A stretch of 64,000 nt of DNA, taken from contig OZ220090.1 in assembly GCA_964291625.2 (NCBI GenBank), forward strand, positions 96,001-160,000, read 5' to 3'. The notes under the pieces were generated by a model, which was not told the origin of the DNA, searched no databases, and worked only from the letters and a program-made list of their open reading frames with translations. The translations under genes and the position numbers were made by a program. Positions within the stretch are counted from its first letter, which is position 1. The number at the start of each line of letters is the position of its first letter. Positions 18,801 through 28,027 of this stretch are shown here, in pieces. The stretch is from Candidatus Latescibacterota bacterium. Its GTDB lineage: Bacteria > Latescibacterota > UBA2968 > UBA8231.

Positions 18801-20699
18801 GGAGAAGGCCACGGCCTGGACCCAGTCCCTGTGCGCGAGGGAGTCGATCCGGACCCTCGTGCCCACGTCCCAGAGCTTGACGAGGGCTCCGGAGGCGCAG
18901 GCGAGGGTGGCCCCGTCCGGTGAGAAGGCGATGGCGCTGCCGCCCCGGGTATTCTCGATGGTTGCGATGGTCCGACGTGTCGACACATCCCAGAGCCTGA
19001 CCAGGCCGTCCCACCCCGACTGGGAGGCGAGGGTGGCGCCGTCGGGCGAGAATGCCACGGCACCGACCCAGCGTGTATGGCCCTCGAGGACGGCGGTACG
19101 CTCTCCGGCCACCGGATCCCAGAGAGTGACCGCCTCCTCCGAGGTGGAGGCCAGGCTTGTCCCATCGGGCGAGAAAGCGATGGCCGTCACGTGGGACTCA
19201 TGGTCGAGGTCGGCGTATTTCGTCCCAGTGGCCGCGTCCCACAGCCGGACGGTGTCGTCCCCGGACACGACGGCCAGGCTCTCCCCGTCGGGTGGGGAGA
19301 AGGCGACGGACCTGAACCGCCGGTTCCCGGGTCCTGCCCCCAGTGTGGCGGTATGGGTGCCGGTGGCCACTTCCCACAGCTTGACCATGCCATCGTGCTC
19401 GGAGGCAAGGGTGGCCCCGTCCGGCGAGATCGCCACGGCCCCGGGCCGAGACGAAGGTCCGAAACTGGCGATCGTCTTCCGGGTCCCCGGATCCCACAGC
19501 TTGACCACGGTGTCACCGCCCGCCGAGGCAAGAGAGCCACCGGGCGCGAAGGCCAGGGAGACGACGTGCCCGGGCTCTTCGAGGGTGGCGGCATGACGTT
19601 CGGAGAGCTGGAAGAGGGAGAATCCGATGCGGCTTGTCCTGCCGGCCGTGTCGACGGCCCGGAAGCGCAGCCAATGCACGATGGGATCGGCGAGACTCGA
19701 GTTGGCCTTGGACGGGATGAGTCCGTCGTAGTCGAACTCGACGACCGCCGAGGGCTCGCCCGCAAAGGAGCGGCACTCCTTCACCTCGGCGCCGCCCGCG
19801 GCGAAGTGAGGCAGCTCCGTCGTTGCGTAGAGGACGACCTGGTGAAGTCCTGTCGAGCTGTCGACCTCGAGGCGGATCGGGGTGCTCGTCGAACCGGCCC
19901 CATAGCCGCGAGGGGAGATCAGATCGACCGACGTCGGAGATGCTCCCTGAGCTGGCTCGACCTCCGGGTTGAGATAGGGATGAACGGTCAGGTACTCGGC
20001 GGCACAGGCCGACAGCCGCGCCCGGTCACCCGCACCGTACGACATGATGTACTCGCTGTCTCTGAAGTCGTGCTCCAGGTCGAAGGCATGGCCGAGCTCA
20101 TGGGCCAGGGTTCTCCAGGAGAACCCGCCGGGGACCAGCACCGTGGTGCCCCCGGTACCCCTCCAGGTGACGCCCCCGGCTCCTCCACTGAAATAGGGCA
20201 CCGTGTTCGCACTGAGGTCGAGGACCACGACTTCGATCGGATGTCGTCCCAGGGTTCGCCAGATCTCCCCCCGGGTCCCGGAACGCTCCAGATAGTGAGC
20301 GTCCCCATGTTCGCCATCCACCCGGTGAACCAGCGGTTCACCCTGGTCGTCGGTCTCGAAGCGGAAGCTCAGGTTCCCATGGCCGTGCCGCTCCATCTCT
20401 TCCGCGTAGAAGCTCTGGATCTGCCGGGCCGTGGCCTTCAGTCTGTCTACGAGCTCCGCACGAAAGGGACGGTCGTCGGGAAGGAAGTAGATCATCCGCA
20501 GGGTGCGAGGGTCCCCGGCATTCAAAGCCGCCGCCTTGGCCGCCGGGGGGCCTGGCTCTACCCGGGAGTCGATCACCCGGCAGAAGGGAACATCCTCTGA
20601 ATCTGAAGGATGGGTGGAGGCACCGGCAGGCGGTATCGCGGCGAGGTCGAGGCCGGCGAAGGCGAGTGAGCATAACCCGCGGATCAGCAGCTTGCCCAT
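15867..20699 (-). CDS. Large secreted protein: metzincin-like peptidase + WD40 propellers + Big/invasin-like Ig domains + dockerin-like EF-hand pair + FlgD-Ig domain
   Basis: Signal peptide; HELGHAFDLEH with YIMSY Met-turn; many AFSPDG...LWD repeats; two GQEG.PG.L...LVVEVRD Ig modules; DFDGDGEVGFSDFF / DLDASGTVDFADFF; NWPNPFN. Confidence 0.85.
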   Translation of the reverse strand: MGKLLIRGLCSLAFAGLDLAAIPPAGASTHPSDSEDVPFCRVIDSRVEPGPPAAKAAALNAGDPRTLRMIYFLPDDRPFRAELVDRLKATARQIQSFYAEEMERHGHGNLSFRFETDDQGEPLVHRVDGEHGDAHYLERSGTRGEIWRTLGRHPIEVVVLDLSANTVPYFSGGAGGVTWRGTGGTTVLVPGGFSWRTLAHELGHAFDLEHDFRDSEYIMSYGAGDRARLSACAAEYLTVHPYLNPEVEPAQGASPTSVDLISPRGYGAGSTSTPIRLEVDSSTGLHQVVLYATTELPHFAAGGAEVKECRSFAGEPSAVVEFDYDGLIPSKANSSLADPIVHWLRFRAVDTAGRTSRIGFSLFQLSERHAATLEEPGHVVSLAFAPGGSLASAGGDTVVKLWDPGTRKTIASFGPSSRPGAVAISPDGATLASEHDGMVKLWEVATGTHTATLGAGPGNRRFRSVAFSPPDGESLAVVSGDDTVRLWDAATGTKYADLDHESHVTAIAFSPDGTSLASTSEEAVTLWDPVAGERTAVLEGHTRWVGAVAFSPDGATLASQSGWDGLVRLWDVSTRRTIATIENTRGGSAIAFSPDGATLACASGALVKLWDVGTRVRIDSLAHRDWVQAVAFSPDGETLATGTWKAVEVWDASEWQRPRPHELVEISGGGQEGPPGAPLGNPLVVEVRDQYGEAIAGAPVTFAVTQGDGRLDGRFTIETIETDANGRAVALLTLGSVPGPITIEARLLKADPVTFRLVALERTDPAVGEGDPHKWHLPDRASVRLGRGGIAGGVPAAFSPDGRRLAVAASIGTWLYDAATARAIDLLPGAWITSAAISPDGTVAAGSRDGRVVLWDVSRGESTTLYGHGGEVHSVAFSPDGATLAIGSWSALKLLDVADGRELWSAAADASGSLAFSPDGTTLTLTGRNAVMLWDVASGNLVMTHSAPALDDGTEVFSVALSPDGATLAIGSGSTLKLWDIDQGRERATLAGHTGRISSLAFSSDGSTLASGSYDRTARVWDAATGGVAATFDLSTSVEAVAFSPDGRTLASVSWDDIRLWEIETGSAGRIPGHASGALALSPDGGTVAIASVNSTRLVDVRTGRDAATLESKRAYGLAFSPDGTILAVGERERVTLWDVASMRAISTLQGADRDVQSVAFSPDGSVLAAGYWENIRLWDVAEGESIALLAGHTGPVSSVAFSPDGAILASGAWDETARLWEVGTRQEIATFHHTGYVAVVAFSADGATLATGSWNSDGEVRLWEVSSRKEIATLGGHREVYSLAFSPDGGTLAAGPQDGTVVLYDTETWKRALTLEGHIAGVHHLTFSRDGTTLASGSGDGTGLLWDLTPTPHTLGIVSGDDQEGEPGALLPGKLIVEVRDEIGDPFAGAQVTFAVTGGGGTVSVETVTTDARGRAATTLTLGLAPGSNTVEVTVGDLEPVTFTVTAKASLDFDGDGEVGFSDFFLFAEAFGGSDPRFDLDASGTVDFADFFLFAESFGQPARARLLALAREMIGLPDGPQLQQNWPNPFNSGTVISWFLLQPGPARLEVFALNGQRVAVLSRGHHEAGPHRLHWDGRDDRGRPLASGVYLYRLVTAEKVWARKFVLVR

Positions 20700-20890
20700 C
20701 TTGCGCTTCGTGTCGGGTCTCCGGGTTCGGCGGTCGTCGGGTGGGAGATGGGGCAGCATAGAGGCGCACAAGCCGGGAAGTCAACGGCCAACGGCGCGGC
20801 CGTCTTCTCCTGGTTCGGTCCTCGTCCAAGGATGGGCCGTCGCCAGCAGCGCCGGACACCCTCGTGCCGCCGTCGTGGTGAGTGCGTGAC

Positions 20891-22081
20891 TCACCCCGCC
20901 CGCGACGGGATCGTCCGCAACAGCGCCAGGAACCCGCCCGCCAGCGACACCGCCGCCGCCAGGTGGAAGACGGCGTCCAGGCCGGCCGCCTGCGCCAGGT
21001 ACCCCGAAGCCGCGGGTCCCGCGAACATGCCGAAGGCGTAGATCGCCTGGTAGACGCCCATCCCGGTGGCCCGGTCCTCGGGGGCGATCGCGCGCAGGCT
21101 GAGGGCGATGAGCACCGTGTTGGCCACCCCGCGGCCGAGGCCGCCCAGTCCCTGCAGCGCCGTGAGGGTCCACACCGACGCGGTGAAGGGAACGAGGGCC
21201 ATGCTCAGGGCCACGAGCACCGACGCCAGGAAGAGGGCGGCGCGGTTGCCCCAGCCATTGACGAGGCGCGTCGTCGCCATGGTCCCGAGGACCTGGGTGA
21301 AGAGCATGGCCGTGGTCACGTAGCCGACCTGGGCGTCGCTGGCGCCGATGCGCTCGGCGTGGAGAGGAACGAAGCCGTAGCTGCCCCCGAAGGTGACGAA
21401 CTGGGCGAGGATGCCGATGCCGCCGGCGAGCAGCAGCAGCCGGGTGCGCGCCACCCGCACGAAGACCGCCGCCGAGTAGGAGCCCGTGCGCCGCGATGCC
21501 GGCTCCCGGGCGGCGAGCATCAGCACCGCGCCCGCGGCGCCGGTGGCGGCGGCGGCGTAGAAGGCGGTGCCGGTCCCGAGGTGCTCGGAGATCAGCCCGC
21601 CGGCGAAGGTGGCTGCGAGCAGGCCGGTGGTGTTGATCGTCATCAGGCGCGAGAGGGCGTGGAGGGTGCGGTTGGGCGGGTAGTAGGAGGAGTAGAGGAC
21701 GCTGATCGCCACCCATCCCGCGGCGCCGACGCCGACCACCGTCCGTGCCGCGAACAGGCTCCACGGATCGGGCGACAGGGCCAGGCCCACGGCGCCGGCG
21801 GCCGAGCACGCCAGGGCCCCGGCGGCGAAGGGTTTGCGGCGCCCCAGCAAGTCGGCGGCGACGCCGATGGGGATGCGCAGGAGCAGCTGGGCGATGGCGT
21901 ACGAGGCGACCACGAGACCGACCATCGACAGGCTGGACCCCAGCTCCTCGGCGTGCAGGGGCAGGACCGGTACGTAGAGATAGAGGGCCAGCCAGAAGGC
22001 GAAGGTCCCGGCCCCGACCAGAATCACCGACCGTCGGTCGACGGGCGGATGCCGGTCCTGGCCGGCTGTGGACGCTGCCAT
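20891..22081 (-). CDS. MFS transporter
   Basis: About 12 TM helices; motif A-like GVAADLLGRRK. Confidence 0.9.
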   Translation of the reverse strand: MAASTAGQDRHPPVDRRSVILVGAGTFAFWLALYLYVPVLPLHAEELGSSLSMVGLVVASYAIAQLLLRIPIGVAADLLGRRKPFAAGALACSAAGAVGLALSPDPWSLFAARTVVGVGAAGWVAISVLYSSYYPPNRTLHALSRLMTINTTGLLAATFAGGLISEHLGTGTAFYAAAATGAAGAVLMLAAREPASRRTGSYSAAVFVRVARTRLLLLAGGIGILAQFVTFGGSYGFVPLHAERIGASDAQVGYVTTAMLFTQVLGTMATTRLVNGWGNRAALFLASVLVALSMALVPFTASVWTLTALQGLGGLGRGVANTVLIALSLRAIAPEDRATGMGVYQAIYAFGMFAGPAASGYLAQAAGLDAVFHLAAAVSLAGGFLALLRTIPSRAG

Positions 22082-22115
22082 TCTCCTGGGTCCGGTGGGT
22101 CGGGGGCCCGTCGGC

Positions 22116-23213
22116 TCAGTCCGGCAGCCGGTGCTCGTTCACGACGGCCGCGTCCAACTCGATCCCCAGGCCCGGCTTTGCGTTCACCGCCAGGCGCCCC
22201 CCGACGATCCTCTCGGCCGGCTGGATCAGCTCCTCCCGCCACGGCGCCTCGCCCCAGGCGTACTCGAGGATCAGGAACTCCGGGTGGGCGGCCATGGCCT
22301 GCGCCGAGGCGGCGGTGACCACCGGTCCGAAGGGGCCGTGAGGCGCCGTCGGGATCCCCCGGGCGGCGGCCATGGCGGCCACCTGGTGCAGCTCGGAGAT
22401 GCCGCCGACGATGGTGACGTCGGGCATGGCCGCGTCGAGGGCCCGGCGCTCCAGGACCTCCCACCAGCCGCGGCGGAGGGCGCGGCTCTCGCCGCCGGCC
22501 ACCGGCATCCCGCAGGCGGCCTTCACGCTCCGGTAGCCCTCGAAGTCGTCCTGGGGCAACGGCTCCTCGAACCAGAACAGGTCCAGGTCGCCCAGCGCCT
22601 CGGCGACCTCGAGGGCCCCCTTCGTCGTGAAGCGGGAGTGGCAGTCGACGAGCACGTCGACGCCGGGGCCGACGGCGTCGCGGACGGCCCGCAGGCACTC
22701 GATGCCGTCGCGGCCGGCCTCGGTGCTGTCGAGAGCGGAGGGCAGGTGATCGAAGGGGGCCAGCTTGACCGCGTCGTGGCCGTCGCCAACGGCGGCCGCC
22801 GCATTGCGTGCGAAGGCCTCGGGCGACCGGTCTCCCCGGGTGGCGCGGTTGATGTTGGCGTAGACGTGGATCTCCTGCCGGCAGGCGCCGCCGAGCAGGG
22901 CGTGCACCGGCGCCTGCAGGGACTTGCCGAGCAGGTCCCACAGGGCCTGCTCCAGGCCGCTGAGGGCGCGCCCCCCCGCGGCGTCCAGCTCGGCGGGGCG
23001 GAAGCTCTCCACCAGTTGCCGCACACGGCGCGGATCCCGGCCGACGAGGGAGCCGGCCATCTCCCGCGCCAGGGGCAGGTGACCCGAGCGCCGCACCGAC
23101 GGGTTCAGCTCGCCGAGGCCGCTCAGGCCGTCATCGGTGTGGACCTGCGCGAAGGTCCAGTCCACGTGCGATGCAACGCGGACCGTGTGGAACTCGACGT
23201 GTTCGATTCGCAT
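22116..23213 (-). CDS. Mandelate racemase/muconate lactonizing family enzyme (galactonate dehydratase-like)
   Basis: SGLEQALWDLLGK..PVHALLGG, VDCH, WFEEP, GGE, PH, PGLGIELD. Confidence 0.85.
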   Translation of the reverse strand: MRIEHVEFHTVRVASHVDWTFAQVHTDDGLSGLGELNPSVRRSGHLPLAREMAGSLVGRDPRRVRQLVESFRPAELDAAGGRALSGLEQALWDLLGKSLQAPVHALLGGACRQEIHVYANINRATRGDRSPEAFARNAAAAVGDGHDAVKLAPFDHLPSALDSTEAGRDGIECLRAVRDAVGPGVDVLVDCHSRFTTKGALEVAEALGDLDLFWFEEPLPQDDFEGYRSVKAACGMPVAGGESRALRRGWWEVLERRALDAAMPDVTIVGGISELHQVAAMAAARGIPTAPHGPFGPVVTAASAQAMAAHPEFLILEYAWGEAPWREELIQPAERIVGGRLAVNAKPGLGIELDAAVVNEHRLPD

Positions 23214-23220
23214 GGCTCTC

Positions 23221-25191
23221 TCAGTACACGGGGATCACGTTGCCCACCTTGCCGGTGAAGCCGTCGACGATGAGCCACAGGCCGCCGGAGACGATCTGCC
23301 CCAGGGCCATCCCCAGGAACAGGGGGCGGCCGCGGGCATAGGTGCGGGCCCCGCCGAAGCGCAGGACCAGGACCTTGAAGGCCCAGGCGAGGAAGACCGG
23401 GAACCAGAGGCGCTGCATGGCCCAGCCCATGCCCACGGGGTAGCCGATCGGATGCAGGGGCCACCAGGGGAGCTGCTGGCGGGCCAGGAAGAGCAGGCCC
23501 ATGACCGTGGCGCCGGCGCCCGTGTGGACCCATCCCTCGGTGCTGAACTGCACGGGAGCGACCAGCTGCTTGGCGGCGAAGTCCGCAGGCCTCGTGGCGA
23601 AGCTCTTGAAGTACTGGGAGTGCAGGTTGATGCCCCCGTGCTGGTGGGCCAGATCCAGCAGGAACCAGCAGGAGACGACCAGGGCCGCCGCCATGGCCAG
23701 GGCCACGGCCCCGGAGATGCGCCGCCGGTGGGGGCCGGTGTCGCTGCTCAGACGCAGGCCGTTGGCCAGGGGGGCGGTCATGAAGACCAGGAAGTCGCCG
23801 GTCCAGATGTAGGAGTAGCCGAGGGCCACCAGGCCCGTCGGACCCAGGGCCGGGGCGCCGACGCCGGAGAGCACGAAGCCGGCGGGGATCATGGCCGGCG
23901 TCACCGTGGGCAGGCCGGCCTCGGCGATGACCCGCGCCAGGCCGATGAAGAGCACCAGGGCGCAGACCACCACCAGCGGCACCACCAGGGGAGGCAGCCC
24001 CGAGCGCCACAGCCACAGGGACATGATCGCCACCCCCGCCGCCAGTCCGAGCAGGGCGGCGCGGTAGGAGAGGATCTCGGCCGAGTCGTCCACCTCGGGG
24101 GCCCGGCCGAAGGCCTTGGCCAGGACCTGGCGGAGATGGCCCCGCGCCGTCCACAGTCCGAAGAGGACGAGAACGGCGAGGGCCCCGGTCATCTCGTGGC
24201 CCACTCCCGGCTGGCTCCAGTCGCCCACCGACTGCTCGTACCCGCCGATGCCGAGGAGATGGAAGAGCCGGTCCTGGACGCGGTGCAGCAGGAAGAAGAA
24301 CCACAGGCCCATGGAGACGGACGACCCGATGAGGTAGGAGAACCCGAGGATCAGGAAGTTCACCGACAGGTCCAGGGGAATGCCGAAGACGACGACGCTC
24401 CCCGACATCCGGAGGGAAGGGAAGACGGCGCTGTACTTCGACAGGCCGTTGGTCAGGTTGATGAGGAGGGGGACCGACATGCCGATCCAGGTGAGCGGGT
24501 TGGTGAAGAACGGCGGCAGCCAGCGGCGGCCGGCGCCCTCGAGCATGGCCAGGGGCACCTGGGCCATGGGGAAGGCGAGGCGCTCGCGGTCAACCCACTG
24601 GCGGCGCAGCAGCACCATGGCGCACAGTTGCGCCAGGTAGAGGCCGAGGTAGAACACGGCCCACGACGCCAGGGCGGGCAGCCAGGCCTCCCAGAGCACG
24701 GCGCCGCCGCCCTCGAAGAACAGCTGCGCCGCCTCGGCGTCGGTGACCACCATCCACTCCGGCAGGTGGGGGTGGACCAGCTCTTCCCATCGATTCTCCG
24801 GCGTGGCGTAGTAGTCGTGGCCGCTGATCATGGGCAGCAGCATGCCCATCACCCCGCGCGTGGGGATGGCGGAGGCCACCATCATCATGAAGAACACGAC
24901 GATCAGCTCGCCGCGGCGCAGGGCCCAGCCGGCGCTCAGGCGGCGCAGCAGCGGCTGCACGAAGAGCAGCAGCAGGAAGAGGGCGAAGAAGGCGGCGGGC
25001 GTGGCCGAGCTCAGCCCCAGGCGGCTGCCGCGGATCAGCATGCTGCCGTAGGGCACGCAGACGGCGATGAGCACGCAGAAGGCGAGACCGATGAGGATGC
25101 TGCGGAAGGTGACCGCCGGACCGGTGCCGGCGGCGGTGTCCCCGCGCCGCGCGAGGTGGGCGCGGTACTCGGGGGGCAGGATGCGTCTCAC
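23221..25191 (-). CDS. DUF6785/DUF6784-like polytopic membrane protein (second paralog; start approximate)
   Basis: YYATPENRW, RRQWVDRERLAFP, WWPLHPIG, LRFGG...RPLFLG; colinear with 9657..11627. Confidence 0.8.
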   Translation of the reverse strand: MRRILPPEYRAHLARRGDTAAGTGPAVTFRSILIGLAFCVLIAVCVPYGSMLIRGSRLGLSSATPAAFFALFLLLLFVQPLLRRLSAGWALRRGELIVVFFMMMVASAIPTRGVMGMLLPMISGHDYYATPENRWEELVHPHLPEWMVVTDAEAAQLFFEGGGAVLWEAWLPALASWAVFYLGLYLAQLCAMVLLRRQWVDRERLAFPMAQVPLAMLEGAGRRWLPPFFTNPLTWIGMSVPLLINLTNGLSKYSAVFPSLRMSGSVVVFGIPLDLSVNFLILGFSYLIGSSVSMGLWFFFLLHRVQDRLFHLLGIGGYEQSVGDWSQPGVGHEMTGALAVLVLFGLWTARGHLRQVLAKAFGRAPEVDDSAEILSYRAALLGLAAGVAIMSLWLWRSGLPPLVVPLVVVCALVLFIGLARVIAEAGLPTVTPAMIPAGFVLSGVGAPALGPTGLVALGYSYIWTGDFLVFMTAPLANGLRLSSDTGPHRRRISGAVALAMAAALVVSCWFLLDLAHQHGGINLHSQYFKSFATRPADFAAKQLVAPVQFSTEGWVHTGAGATVMGLLFLARQQLPWWPLHPIGYPVGMGWAMQRLWFPVFLAWAFKVLVLRFGGARTYARGRPLFLGMALGQIVSGGLWLIVDGFTGKVGNVIPVY

Positions 25192-25455
25192 CCGGGCGGA
25201 AGATAGCGGCCCCGGAGGGGCTGCCCAAAGGCGGAGCCGCCTGCCGGCGGCAGCCGGGCCGCGTGCCCACCGGTCGGAAGGCCGGCGGCTCGATCCTGCG
25301 GCACCCCGTCCCGGAGCAGGTCGGGAGGGCCGGGAGGCCCCCGATCCACCCCTGGCTCCGTGATCCCGGCGCCGGGGGCGAACCGGCACACATCGACCCG
25401 GATCGTGTCGGAGGCTCGCGGGTTGGCGGGCCCCTCGACAGCCTGGAGCCTCTCC

Positions 25456-26754
25456 TCAGAGGCCTCGATCCGCGGCCTCGGCGGCGCTTTGCGCCTCCCG
25501 GCCGGACCAGCCGCCGCCGGCGCCGGGCTCGTGGAGGTCGCCGGGGATAGGCAGCACCTCCACGCCTTCGCCCTCCCCCTCGTCGAGGATGCGGAAGCGG
25601 CGGGCCACCACCTCGGCGCCGAACGGTCCGAAGCGGTTGGGGAAGCCCTGGTGGTCGCCGACCATGAAGACGCTGTCGTCGGGCAGGACGCAGGCCGAGG
25701 GGTAGTAGGCGAGGGGATCGGCCTGGAAGCCCCGGTCGGCAGCGGGCGTGACCCAGGTCTCGCCGCAGTCGCGGCTGTAGAGGACCTGGCCGTTGCCGCC
25801 GGGGCCACTGCAGGTTATCAGCACCACGGTCCCGTCCGAGAGCACCAGCAGGTCGCCCTTCTTCACGGCGTTCGGATGGGGCCGGCCCTCGGGCACGGGC
25901 AGATCCAGCAGCGGCCGCGGCGCCGACCAGGTGCGGCCGTCGTCGGCGCTCGTCGTCCACAGCCCCCAGGGGCGGGAGGCGGTGGCCAGGCGTCCGTCGG
26001 GCAGCCGCGCCAGGTGGCCCTCCTCCATATCCCGCTCCGGGTCGCCGAAGATCGACCGGGTCTCCCAGGTGGCGCCGCCGTCGCCGGAGTGCAGCAGGGC
26101 CATCACCCAGCGGGTCTCGGCCGCTCCCGGCACCGCGTGGCCGTCGACCAGCATCCACAGCCCGCCGTCGGAGGCCTCGGAGAGCGAGCAGGGGTGCTCC
26201 AGCCGCGTCAGGAAGGGTCCGCTGGTGCGGCCCCTCTCCTCCCAGGACTCGCCGCCGTCGCGGCTGCGGAAGACGGCGATCTGTTCGGGGAAGGTGCGGT
26301 CCATGCGCCGCAGGAACTCCACCGGGTCGGAGGGCAGCCGCCCGGCCCAGTACCATCCCGTCTGGATCAGCGCCCCCATGTACAAGGTGCCGTCGCCGTG
26401 CTGGAAGAGGGCCCCGGGGGCATAGGCGTCGGGCACGTCGGCCAGCACCCGGGGGCGCGACCAGGTGGCGCCGTCGTCGCGGCTGCGGGTCCACAGGATG
26501 CGGCCCCCCGTGGGCGCCTCCCAGGTGCCGCCGCCCTCGAACTGGGACTCCATGTACTCGGCGTGTTCCGGCGGCAGCTCGGGCCGCGGGTTGACCCACG
26601 AGGCGTGCCAGTACCCGGCGCTGAAGGCGACGAACAGCGTGCCGTCCCGCAGCCGGCAGATGCGCGGCCAGCCGCAAAAACCCCCGAAGCCGGGGAAGGG
26701 GTCCGGGGCGTTGACCGCGGGGGAGACGACGATCTTGCGGAGTTCGGATGTCAT
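25456..26754 (-). CDS. Sialidase-like / BNR (Asp-box) repeat protein
   Basis: Five Asp boxes: SRDDGATWS, SRDGGESWE, SGDGGATWE, SADDGRTWS, SRDCGETWV. Confidence 0.8.
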   Translation of the reverse strand: MTSELRKIVVSPAVNAPDPFPGFGGFCGWPRICRLRDGTLFVAFSAGYWHASWVNPRPELPPEHAEYMESQFEGGGTWEAPTGGRILWTRSRDDGATWSRPRVLADVPDAYAPGALFQHGDGTLYMGALIQTGWYWAGRLPSDPVEFLRRMDRTFPEQIAVFRSRDGGESWEERGRTSGPFLTRLEHPCSLSEASDGGLWMLVDGHAVPGAAETRWVMALLHSGDGGATWETRSIFGDPERDMEEGHLARLPDGRLATASRPWGLWTTSADDGRTWSAPRPLLDLPVPEGRPHPNAVKKGDLLVLSDGTVVLITCSGPGGNGQVLYSRDCGETWVTPAADRGFQADPLAYYPSACVLPDDSVFMVGDHQGFPNRFGPFGAEVVARRFRILDEGEGEGVEVLPIPGDLHEPGAGGGWSGREAQSAAEAADRGL

Positions 26755-26759
26755 GGGGA

Positions 26760-27050
26760 TCAGTCCGGCGGGAAAGGGAGACCGAGCTCCTTGACGAGGG
26801 AATCCAGTTCGGCCGGGGAGGTCCGACCCCGGCGGGAACGATGCAGGGCCGACAGCAGCCGCGCGGAGTTCTTCGGAGAGCGCAGGAGGTACACGGTCTC
26901 CTGAAGACTCCGCAGTTCCTCCGCCGGGACCAGGGCCATGGCCTCGTGGCCCCGTCGTTCGAGAATGGCCGGCTCCCGGCTCTGCTCCACGTCGTCCCAG
27001 ATCTCGGCCAGTCTCGCCCTCGCCTGGCTGCAGGGTATTCTCACGCCCAT
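26760..27050 (-). CDS. yefM: Phd/YefM family antitoxin (no toxin gene downstream)
   Basis: SQARARLAEIWD.V...REP.ILERRGHE..ALV...E..SLQETVYLLRSPKNSARLLSAL, the YefM signature. Confidence 0.85.
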   Translation of the reverse strand: MGVRIPCSQARARLAEIWDDVEQSREPAILERRGHEAMALVPAEELRSLQETVYLLRSPKNSARLLSALHRSRRGRTSPAELDSLVKELGLPFPPD

Positions 27051-27098
27051 GGCTTCGCTCCTTGCACTGCACAGGGATACAACCCTCGTCACACATGG

Positions 27099-28013
27099 TC
27101 AATCACCGCGACGCGGCAACCGGCGTCCCTCCCGCCGCCGCAGCTCGCCCAGCCGCCGGCCCAGCTTCTCCACCTCCTCCTCGATGAGGCGGATCTCGTC
27201 GCCGACGCTGATCTCGCCGTCGCGCTCGAGATGGCGCCGCCGCTCCTCGGCCTCCTTCTCGGCCTCGGCCTCGGACATGGAGTTGATGATCACGCCGATG
27301 AACAGGTTGAGCATGATCATGGTGCCGAACATCACGAAGGAGACGAAGAACGCGGCCCCGAGGAAGTACCGGCCCTGCGAGGCTTCGCGCAGGTGGGCCT
27401 GGGCCAAGTCGGCGTACCCCGGGTAGGCGTCGCTGCCGTACATCTGGATGTACATCACGTCGGTCCAGTCCTCCAGGGTCACCACCCGGAAGAGGGTCAG
27501 CAGCGACGTGGACAGGTCCTGGAAGTGGACGGGGTCGTTGCCGCGGAAAAGGAAGATTCCCATCACCGCGTACACGTAGAACAGGACCGCGAGCAGCAGG
27601 CCCACGTAGCCCAGGGAGGGGATCGACTTCAGCAGCGAGCTGACCAGCAGCTGCAGCCGCGGCACGGCCGTCACCAGCCGCAGGGCCCGCAGCACCCGCG
27701 CCAGGCGCAGCACCGCCGCGTACTGGCCTCCCACCGGCAGCAGGCAGACGACGACGATGAGAAAGTCGAAGACGTTCCAGGGGTCGGCGAAGTAGCGGTA
27801 CCAGCGCCGGCCGTGGCGCCCGATCTTGAGGGCCGCCTCGAGGGCGAAGATCCCCAGGACCACCCTGTCGAGGGCGTGCAGCAGCGAGCCGTGGGAGGCC
27901 ACCAGGTCCCGCGAGGTCTCCAGCCCCACCAGCGCTGCCGCCAGGACGATGACGGCCAGGACCCCGTGCTGGAAGGGGTCGGAGTCCACGAACCGGCCGA
28001 GTCGCTCGGTCAT
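27099..28013 (-). CDS. Bacterial voltage-gated cation channel (BacNav-like, 6TM), selectivity filter TLEDWTD
   Basis: S3 WNVFDF; S4 LRLARVLRALRL; P-loop LFRVVTLEDWTDVMY; S6 LNLFIGVIINSM; C-terminal coiled coil. Confidence 0.92.
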   Translation of the reverse strand: MTERLGRFVDSDPFQHGVLAVIVLAAALVGLETSRDLVASHGSLLHALDRVVLGIFALEAALKIGRHGRRWYRYFADPWNVFDFLIVVVCLLPVGGQYAAVLRLARVLRALRLVTAVPRLQLLVSSLLKSIPSLGYVGLLLAVLFYVYAVMGIFLFRGNDPVHFQDLSTSLLTLFRVVTLEDWTDVMYIQMYGSDAYPGYADLAQAHLREASQGRYFLGAAFFVSFVMFGTMIMLNLFIGVIINSMSEAEAEKEAEERRRHLERDGEISVGDEIRLIEEEVEKLGRRLGELRRREGRRLPRRGD

Positions 28014-28027
28014 CGGGTATGGGCGCT

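Noticed and set aside
16650-19560. Recurrent GGAGAAGGCCA / TCCCACAGC DNA motifs
   Set aside because: Explained by WD40 coding repeats (AFSPDG, LWD)
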